Shown piece by piece: positions 16,331 through 22,933 of a DNA stretch of 24,000 bases. The stretch comes from Vibrio sp. VB16 (GTDB lineage: Bacteria > Pseudomonadota > Gammaproteobacteria > Enterobacterales > Vibrionaceae). How positions within the stretch are numbered: position 1 is the first letter of the stretch; every line of letters begins with the position of its first letter. Under the pieces are notes generated by a model. That model was given only the letters and a program-made list of their open reading frames with translations, made no database searches and was not told where the DNA came from. A program made the position numbers and the translations under genes. The stretch covers positions 3,132,270 through 3,156,269 of the forward strand of contig NZ_CP087590.1 in the NCBI RefSeq assembly GCF_015594925.2, given 5' to 3'.

Positions 16331-17236
16331 TCAATAAGTTGGCACTATTTTTCCTGATATCACTTGATTTTGGTGATCTAATATCTCAGGAATATTAATA
16401 ATATTGGTTAACATCGTTTTTAAATAACGTGAATTCTTTCGCACCATAAGCACCCCTATAGATGCTTTAGAAAAATCAGCTTCTTTATCTAAAGGTGCTT
16501 CACATAATCCGAGAGATTCTATTGAATCTTGTCTTGATGCGTACCAGATTGCTGCGTCTATTTCACCATCTGAAATCTTTTTAAGACATTCATTATACGG
16601 AGTCGAAATCACTTCTATATCATCGTTCTGATAGTACATTTCTGTTAACAGCTTCTGATCAGGAGATTCAGGGTCGACTCCAACACGTCTAATTGTACCT
16701 TTCTCTCCTAGTCGATATATCAATCGATGCTCAGGAACATAACTATGAATACCAAGTTCAATGGCGATATCCAACTCCCCTTCAGCTATATACTTTTCAG
16801 AAGCCAACTTAGACATAATTGCAATGTCATAAACACCATTTTTTAAACATTCCGCTCTAACACCCGCGCCTCTCATATGAGCAAAATAGAGTGGTACTGT
16901 CAGTATCTGTTGCTTTAGTCCCGACGCAAGGCCTTCATAATGTTTTGTATAAGGCAATGGCATCGCACAAACGATATTTCCAATATCTGAAAGCTCAACT
17001 AAACACTTATAATCTAGAGCAGAAATAATAGTACCATTACGTCCTTGTCTGCTTAGGTGTACGGCATTTTCATTCTCAATGTGCTTTATTGCTTTTGCTA
17101 CATAACCTACAGAACAACCAATTTCTTCAGATAGTTCATCGATAGTTTTTAATCTATCACTGACTTTTGTAGTGAGCAGGTAACGAGCAATTTGAATTAT
17201 CGCTGTCCCATTTTTTTTAATATAATTAGTTGTCAT
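16331..17236 (-). CDS. yhfZ: Transcriptional regulator with an N-terminal winged-HTH and a periplasmic-binding-protein-like (type 2) sensor domain, YhfZ homolog
   Basis: 301 aa, the same length as E. coli YhfZ. The HTH is LKTIDELSEEIGCSVGYVAKAIKHIENENAVHLSRQGRNGT. The C-terminal part has PBP2-like patterns (DIAIMSKL, RRVGVDPESPDQ, DGEIDAAIW). It is the first gene of the operon. Confidence 0.75.
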   Translation of the reverse strand: MTTNYIKKNGTAIIQIARYLLTTKVSDRLKTIDELSEEIGCSVGYVAKAIKHIENENAVHLSRQGRNGTIISALDYKCLVELSDIGNIVCAMPLPYTKHYEGLASGLKQQILTVPLYFAHMRGAGVRAECLKNGVYDIAIMSKLASEKYIAEGELDIAIELGIHSYVPEHRLIYRLGEKGTIRRVGVDPESPDQKLLTEMYYQNDDIEVISTPYNECLKKISDGEIDAAIWYASRQDSIESLGLCEAPLDKEADFSKASIGVLMVRKNSRYLKTMLTNIINIPEILDHQNQVISGKIVPTY

Positions 17237-17303
17237 TTTTAATATTCATTTTTTTGAGGATTTAATCCTAATTGAAAAGTTGAGTTAAAAAAGTATGGTT
17301 GAT

Positions 17304-17318
17304 CACATTTTCAAAATG
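17304..17318. promoter_or_regulatory. Perfect 15-bp palindrome ACATTTT-C-AAAATGT in the yhfZ-like promoter region (candidate operator)
   Basis: 7-bp arms with no mismatches, 68-82 nt upstream of the yhfZ-like start at 17236. A second dyad, AGGATT-T-AATCCT, lies at 17257-17269. AT-rich composition raises the chance expectation somewhat. Confidence 0.3.
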
Positions 17319-17485
17319 TATATTTAACGAACAACACATTCCAACCAGATAAGATTAAGGTTATTCATAGAAAGTGGATTGAATAATTCATGATAAATGC
17401 GCATAAACACGACTTATTTTTGTTGTTTATAGGGGCAACTATAAGTAGTGTGAATCCAATCCCCATAATTGATACAAGGAAGAGC

Positions 17486-17704
17486 ATGCGTAAGTCATTA
17501 AGAGATAAAGTCATAACTATATGCAACAAAAAGATCGAGCAAAAAGGGGATGTTGTGGGTGTTTCATTTTATGCCTTCTTTGCCAATAAAAATGATGACC
17601 CAGAGTTACTTATGGAAGCAGCTACATGGTGGATTAAAACCCATAAACTAAACCATTTCGAAAAAGCCAACAAAATCATTGCGATGGTTGAATCAGGTCA
17701 ATAA
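17486..17704 (+). CDS. Small hypothetical protein (72 aa from ATG 17486, or 104 aa if the ATG at 17390 is used)
   Basis: ATG 17486 has AGGAAG 5 nt upstream, whereas ATG 17390 has no clear RBS. I recognise no family. Coding status rests only on ORF length and the RBS. Confidence 0.4.
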   Translation: MRKSLRDKVITICNKKIEQKGDVVGVSFYAFFANKNDDPELLMEAATWWIKTHKLNHFEKANKIIAMVESGQ

Positions 17705-17783
17705 TGATTTTTAATTTTCAATGTATGCATAATTCAATACAATACGTTTGATATTATTAGAAAAGTTCAGAATCAGGAAGAAA

Positions 17784-18317
17784 ATGAAACACCACCAAGG
17801 TTTCACACTTATAGAGCTTGTCGTCGTTATTGTCATACTCGGTATTCTTGCCGTTGTCGCCGCACCAAGATTTTTAAACCTTCAAACTGAAGCACGAATA
17901 GCTAGCGTACAAGCGTTAACTGGTGCATTAAATTCAGGGGCCTCATTGGTTCATTCCAAAGCGGCAGTCGATGGTTTAAATACAGGCAATGCCGAGCTTG
18001 ATGTGAACGGTGACGGTACAGAAGATATTTCGTTGCGAGCAGGGTACCCACGAGTAAAATCAGATTGCGCGAATTTCATAGAGGACATGGGGTATTGGGT
18101 TTCTCTCGATTTTAGCCTTAGCTGTAATACCGACGACGATTCGGATTGGTATGGCTACGCGAGTCAGAATATATTCTATTTTCTACCGAGTGGGTTTTCT
18201 AGTATCGATGAACAGTGTTACGTGACGTATACAACCGCCTCTGAATATGACAGCACTTCTGGAACGTGGGTAGATACTAGTTCCGCCACTATTATATCCA
18301 CTACTGATGGTTGCTAG
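17784..18317 (+). CDS. Type IV pilin of the MSHA (MshA-like) family with a prepilin N-terminal cleavage/methylation motif
   Basis: From ATG 17784 (RBS AGGAAG) the protein reads MKHHQG/FTLIELVVVIVILGILAVVAAPRFLNLQTEAR. This is a short leader ending in Gly, then Phe+1 and Glu+5, nearly the same as the conserved MshA-family N-terminal helix. The C-terminal domain is variable with 4 Cys. The ORF-track start at 17748 is a TTG extension. Confidence 0.88.
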   Translation: MKHHQGFTLIELVVVIVILGILAVVAAPRFLNLQTEARIASVQALTGALNSGASLVHSKAAVDGLNTGNAELDVNGDGTEDISLRAGYPRVKSDCANFIEDMGYWVSLDFSLSCNTDDDSDWYGYASQNIFYFLPSGFSSIDEQCYVTYTTASEYDSTSGTWVDTSSATIISTTDGC

Positions 18318-18330
18318 GCATTAATACATA

Positions 18331-18362
18331 AAAAGCCAACAGACCGGAATCTATTGGCTTTT
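18331..18362. terminator. Bidirectional Rho-independent terminator between convergent genes
   Basis: aaaagccaa (18331-18339) pairs with ttggctttt (18354-18362). The A-run and T-run lie inside the arms, so a U-tail is available on both strands. It sits between the pilin stop (18317) and the minus-strand gene stop (18385). Confidence 0.75.
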
Positions 18363-18384
18363 CAACGTTTAAAACAATATGAGA

Positions 18385-18729
18385 TTAGTCGTTTCTGCCT
18401 TCGCGAGAATCAAAATGGTAATCAACATTCACGATAGCGCGATATGAGATTTCACCGCGAGCTTCAGAAAACTCTTCAATATTAACAACCGTGTCGTCAA
18501 TTTTAAGGTTAGTTATTTTGCTTTCTCCGATTGGTGCTAGTTTGAAATGCAATTCAGAATAAGATGCAGTGTCTAGTGCATCGACAGTATCAAAACCTGC
18601 TTCATACGCAGCCGCTTTAGACTCAAAACCCGCTGTTAATAGGTTTGTTTCGCTATAAACCGTTTGATTGCCGGCAAATGCTGATGCGCTCATTAATACA
18701 GTTGCTGCTAAAATAGTTAAATTTTTCAT
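18385..18729 (-). CDS. Small secreted protein of unknown function (114 aa)
   Basis: I prefer ATG 18729 because of the RBS GAGGG, giving MKNLTILAATVLMSASAFA/GNQ, a clean Sec signal peptide. The ORF-track start at 18795 adds 22 non-signal residues. The protein may belong to a Vibrio-type DUF family (DUF3316-like), but I cannot confirm that. Confidence 0.7.
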   Translation of the reverse strand: MKNLTILAATVLMSASAFAGNQTVYSETNLLTAGFESKAAAYEAGFDTVDALDTASYSELHFKLAPIGESKITNLKIDDTVVNIEEFSEARGEISYRAIVNVDYHFDSREGRND

Positions 18730-18820
18730 CTTATTTACCCTCAAAGTGTCTGTTAAAAATGAGTGACTGCTTGTTGGGGTGAAAGCCCCTCCCACTCGGT
18801 GAAGCTATTACACACTATTT

Positions 18821-18842
18821 TTATGTGATATTCATCACACAA
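18821..18842. promoter_or_regulatory. CRP (cAMP receptor protein) binding site with a perfect core TGTGA-N6-TCACA
   Basis: ttaTGTGAtattcaTCACAcaa, with the core at 18824-18839 matching both consensus half-sites exactly. It lies 95-110 nt upstream of the start codon at 18729 of the small secreted protein gene. No other gene is oriented to use it. Confidence 0.55.
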
Positions 18843-18993
18843 AAGCACCATTCATCATGGGTGATTTAGCATCAATAAAATGAAAGTTTTTCCGAATTCC
18901 GTATTTGGGCAATAGGATACGCCAAAAATGGGTGTAATGGAGTACCAAGCTTTCCCATCAATAACACTGACCTTGTCAGCATCTGGAGTCTCG

Positions 18994-20331
18994 CTATTTA
19001 GCCTCTGCACGCTCTAGAATACGCTGTAATCTCGGTCGACTAATCTTTAGTACCTCGCAGGCTTTGCCTTTATGACCATCGACGTCATCGAGTACTTTTT
19101 GTACATGGTCTAGTTCGATATCTTCCAAGCTTAACGACCTAGAAATTTGTGTGTCTCCTGTTACTCTCTCTACCTCAACAGTGCGAATATCCTCGAACAA
19201 TTCAACCGTTAAAATATCACCTGGGCACAGCGCCACGGCTTTAGTAAGCGTATTCTCAAGTTCTCTTACATTACCTGGCCAATCATACTGTCGCAGCATA
19301 TCCATTGCCTCAATGGCGACCTTAGACACCTTTGTTCCAAGCTCTTTGTTTGCCCTTGCAAGTAAGCTCGGAATCAAATCATCTAGGTCTTCTCTTCTTT
19401 CTCGTAATGATGGCAAATGCACTCGAACGACCTGCAATCGGTAAAAAAGATCTTCTCTGAACTGCTTTTGACTTATTTTGGTCTCGAAATCAATATTGGT
19501 CGCCGAGATAATTCTCGCACTGCTTTTAACGGACTGCTTGCTGCCTATTGGAACAAATTCTTTTTCTTGTAGCACTCTAAGCAGCTTAGCTTGGATTGTC
19601 GGTGATAGCTCCCCTACTTCATCAAGAAAAAGTGTCCCACCATTAGCCATTTCAAACTTACCAATTTGATCCGATATCGCACCAGTAAATGCGCCCTTTT
19701 TGTGTCCAAACATCTCCGATTCCAACAAGCTTTCGACTAAAGCAGCGCAATTAAGAGCAACAAATGGCGCATCTTTCACTGTACCTGCATTGTGCATCGC
19801 TCTGGCAACCATCTCTTTGCCTGTCCCTGATTCTCCGGTAATCATGACGGATGCATTGGTATGAGCAACTCTGCCAATGGTTTTATATATCTGTTTCATC
19901 GCATTAGATGAACCAACCATAGAATTTCCGTAGGTATCTGGTATCAGTACGGCGTTTTGATGGCTTGATGCTTGGTATTCAATCGCTACCGTTACCGCAC
20001 TGTCCAATTCATCTATATCTATTGGTTTATGGATATATTCATCCGCGCCTTGTTGCATCGCTTCAATGGTACTATCCATATCGTGAAAAGCAGTAATCAT
20101 TATCACTCTGGCGTTTTTGCAACATTGTTTAAATTCTGGTAACCCCTCGAGTCCAGATTTTCCCTCCATTCTTATATCAAGGATGATGACATCTGGTTGA
20201 AACCGTTTTGCCATTGCAACACCTACATCTACACAGTTTGCAACTTGGACATCAAACGATAAAGATTGGTAGTGGAGCTGAAGCGTACGGCTTATTCCAT
20301 TATCATCATCAACAATTAACATCTTATTCAT
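18994..20331 (-). CDS. Sigma-54-dependent response regulator (NtrC family bacterial enhancer-binding protein)
   Basis: 445 aa. It has a REC domain (MLIVDDD...VIILDIRMEG), an AAA+ sigma-54 interaction domain with Walker A GESGTGKE, the GAFTGA loop (KKGAFTGA) and Walker B LFLDEVGEL, and a C-terminal Fis-type HTH (KGKACEVLKISRPRLQRIL). Its ATG overlaps the kinase stop codon (ATGA). Confidence 0.93.
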   Translation of the reverse strand: MNKMLIVDDDNGISRTLQLHYQSLSFDVQVANCVDVGVAMAKRFQPDVIILDIRMEGKSGLEGLPEFKQCCKNARVIMITAFHDMDSTIEAMQQGADEYIHKPIDIDELDSAVTVAIEYQASSHQNAVLIPDTYGNSMVGSSNAMKQIYKTIGRVAHTNASVMITGESGTGKEMVARAMHNAGTVKDAPFVALNCAALVESLLESEMFGHKKGAFTGAISDQIGKFEMANGGTLFLDEVGELSPTIQAKLLRVLQEKEFVPIGSKQSVKSSARIISATNIDFETKISQKQFREDLFYRLQVVRVHLPSLRERREDLDDLIPSLLARANKELGTKVSKVAIEAMDMLRQYDWPGNVRELENTLTKAVALCPGDILTVELFEDIRTVEVERVTGDTQISRSLSLEDIELDHVQKVLDDVDGHKGKACEVLKISRPRLQRILERAEAK

Positions 20332-22820
20332 TGAATCGTATTTCCTTCGTTCGGCATCTGTTTTGGTGCCGTGGGTAACCGGATGCGGGTCATTGTTCCC
20401 ATTGGGATCATTGGCGAAATCTGAATCTGACCTTCATGGCTATCTATTATTCTTTTTACTATTGAAAGCCCCAATCCAGTTCCTTTTGCTTTCGTCGTAA
20501 AGAACGGTTCAAACACCTTATCAGACATACAAGGGTCGATCGGTTCTCCATTATTTTCAATACTAATGATCAACTCCGTGTTTGATTCTGTAATCAGGAT
20601 ATTAGACAGAACTTTGACTTTCCCCCCTTCAATACCCGTTGCGGCTTGGATAGAGTTTATCAATATATTTTGAATTGCTTGGCGCATTTTTATTGGATCG
20701 ATATAGGCCGTAGGTAAGTTCGGTAGCAATGCTACGTCAATTGAGACACAGGCCTCTTTTGCCAGTTTCTGTTGGCTCGCGACGGTCGTATCGATTATTT
20801 TATTTATATCTAACCACAGTGGTTGTATCTGATCTGGCCGAGAATAAGCGAGTAACTCTTCCAATATCGCTTCCATATACCTGACTTGTTCAAGAGATAT
20901 TTCAAACATCTCATTTTTATTCTTTCTTTCTTGTATCTGAAGTACCATTTTTATTGAGCTAAGTGGATTTCTCAGGTCATGCGCTATCATATTGACCACT
21001 TTGCCAATTTCCGCTAATTTCTCGTGTTGAATACGTTCATTCGTCTGCCTTTCAACCTCTTTAGCTAACCGCTTTTCTTCGGTGATATCTTGCTTAACAG
21101 CAACATAATAAAGTGTTCTATTTTCGATATCTTTTACCGGAGAGATGCGCGCACGTTCCCAAAACAGATCACCATTTTTTTTCCGATTGTGAAATTCACC
21201 CCGCCACTCTTTACCCGCTTTTAGTATTGACCATAGGTTATTGTACTCATCTGATTCCATTTCACCCGATTGAAGAAATTTGGGTGCTCTTCCCACCACT
21301 TCCTCTCTACTGTATCCAGAAAGCTCACAAAAAACTGGGTTTACGTAAACGATCTTACCTTCCAAATCCGTGATCATGACTGAGCTTTGACTACTTTCAA
21401 CGGCGTGACTAAGTTGTTGTAGCTGATCTTGCGCCATTTTCTGCTCAGTTACATCTTCACCTAGAAGCGTTAAGGTGACGGCTTTCTCTTTAGATTCCGT
21501 AAAGGTTGATGTCCAAGAGACCAGATGAACCTCACCAGATTTACTCAATACAACGCTTTCACTTTGAGGTTGATGCGTTTGCTGACGAATAGTTTCGTCC
21601 AATGCCTCTTGAGCTTGAGATTGTAATTCATCCGGGATAAACCGTTTTATCCATGAGTGTCCTATGACCTCGGTTCTTCGATAACCGACCAGAGATAAAA
21701 AATAATCATTACAAAAAGTAATGACTCCCGACCGATTGATGCTAACAGCTGCTAATTGAATGTTTTCTAAAGTATGTCGGAATTGCTGCTCATACTGCTG
21801 TTGATAGGTTAAATAGCGAGTCTGAACTCGATATCGACTAAAAATGAATGCCACAATACCCACGACCACAAAGAAAACTGCATAAATGAACGTATATTTT
21901 TCACCAAATGCCACCCTAGAGAGATTAAATCGACTCTCTGGAAACTCAGAAATAATCGTCCACTTACCATTATTCGGTGCCAATACTTGTGCAAAAGTAT
22001 AAAAGTTTTCGTGGTCTAATAATTGCCCTTTATCTAAAGTGCTTAGCTGATCAAGTACGCGAGATGGGATGTCATTTTTTGTATCGATGGCATAACTCAC
22101 ATCCCCACTGTCCGTTGGGTGAATAACAGCAACACCTTGTGGATTGAATAGATAAACGTGATTAATAAAACTCGGCGCAACGGTAAACAATTTGTTGATT
22201 AACTGTGTGCCTTTATAATTAAGAATAATCACCCCGATCCGACGACCTTTGGCTGTAAACACAGGTGTTCCAACTCGGATCGTAGGATTTAAGGGCTTTT
22301 GAATTACCCCGCCCTCTACGTTCAGATCCATAGGCGAGATATACACCTGCCCTTTCGCTAACTGATTAGAATATTGCCAGTAATATCGATGTGCTTTGTT
22401 TTGCAGCTCCTTGGAGCCAACAATGGAAATATCGCCATTGATATTATTTACTCGAAGACGCTCCCATCCGTCAATGTCCACATAGCGTATCTGGTCATAG
22501 TTTTGGTTGTTTGTGCTCATTTGAATAAAATATTGTTCTAGATCTTGCAGGGGCTCTGAGTGTCTAGAAACGATCTGACTAGACACATAAGAGAGATTTT
22601 TTGCATCCGCTGACATGCGTGTCAGCGTTTCACCTAACACCTCTTCTATTAAATCGACGATGACTCTTTCATTATGGAGCGCATACTGTTCATCATTATC
22701 GATACTAAGAATATAATGAGTACTCATCACGATTGCCAAAGCCAGATAAGCAGGCAATAACCACAACAGCAATTCCGTCGTAAAAACTCGTTTTCCTGGA
22801 AGAATGTTCTCGTTTTCCAT
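20328..22820 (-). CDS. Sensor histidine kinase: TM, periplasmic Cache/PDC-like domain, TM, two PAS domains, HisKA, HATPase
   Basis: 830 aa. There are two hydrophobic segments (about residues 16-38 and 310-330) flanking an approximately 270-aa extracytoplasmic domain (YDQIRYVDIDGWERLRV ... VYISPMDLNVEGGVIQKP). The PAS domains are readable (e.g. VMITDLEGKIVYVNPVFCELSGYSREEVVG ... VKQDITEEKR). The H-box is IAHDLRNPLSSI, the N-box NILINSIQA, and the G-boxes ENNGEPI and GTGLGLSIV. Confidence 0.92.
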   Translation of the reverse strand: MENENILPGKRVFTTELLLWLLPAYLALAIVMSTHYILSIDNDEQYALHNERVIVDLIEEVLGETLTRMSADAKNLSYVSSQIVSRHSEPLQDLEQYFIQMSTNNQNYDQIRYVDIDGWERLRVNNINGDISIVGSKELQNKAHRYYWQYSNQLAKGQVYISPMDLNVEGGVIQKPLNPTIRVGTPVFTAKGRRIGVIILNYKGTQLINKLFTVAPSFINHVYLFNPQGVAVIHPTDSGDVSYAIDTKNDIPSRVLDQLSTLDKGQLLDHENFYTFAQVLAPNNGKWTIISEFPESRFNLSRVAFGEKYTFIYAVFFVVVGIVAFIFSRYRVQTRYLTYQQQYEQQFRHTLENIQLAAVSINRSGVITFCNDYFLSLVGYRRTEVIGHSWIKRFIPDELQSQAQEALDETIRQQTHQPQSESVVLSKSGEVHLVSWTSTFTESKEKAVTLTLLGEDVTEQKMAQDQLQQLSHAVESSQSSVMITDLEGKIVYVNPVFCELSGYSREEVVGRAPKFLQSGEMESDEYNNLWSILKAGKEWRGEFHNRKKNGDLFWERARISPVKDIENRTLYYVAVKQDITEEKRLAKEVERQTNERIQHEKLAEIGKVVNMIAHDLRNPLSSIKMVLQIQERKNKNEMFEISLEQVRYMEAILEELLAYSRPDQIQPLWLDINKIIDTTVASQQKLAKEACVSIDVALLPNLPTAYIDPIKMRQAIQNILINSIQAATGIEGGKVKVLSNILITESNTELIISIENNGEPIDPCMSDKVFEPFFTTKAKGTGLGLSIVKRIIDSHEGQIQISPMIPMGTMTRIRLPTAPKQMPNEGNTIQ

Positions 22821-22933
22821 AAGAATCGCTAATTACTTTTTATTAACAAGAATAATAATATAAACCAAGTTACAACAAATCGTCTGTGCGTTTCATCGTA
22901 CAAAACAAAATGACACGTACAGACCCTAGTCAT

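Noticed and set aside
16334-16350. TGGCACtatttTTCCT on the plus strand, resembling a sigma-54 -24/-12 element
   Set aside because: The critical -12 GC is CC. The site lies inside the 3' end of the yhfZ-like coding sequence on the opposite strand, and it points at no plus-strand gene.
17300-17320. Possible CRP site at tgatcacattttcaaaatgta
   Set aside because: The half-sites (TGATC / TCAAA) match TGTGA/TCACA poorly. The symmetry is better described as the ACATTTT-C-AAAATGT palindrome reported above.
18907-18925. Sigma-54 promoter-like sequence on the minus strand (TTGGCGtatcctaTTGCCC), upstream of the small secreted protein gene and next to the sigma-54-dependent regulator
   Set aside because: The GG and GC dinucleotides are separated by 11 nt instead of the canonical 10 (TGGCAC-N5-TTGCA). 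The -24 and -12 flanks are also only partial matches. Sigma-54 promoters tolerate spacing changes poorly, so I do not call it, although it would merit a check if the regulator's regulon is mapped.
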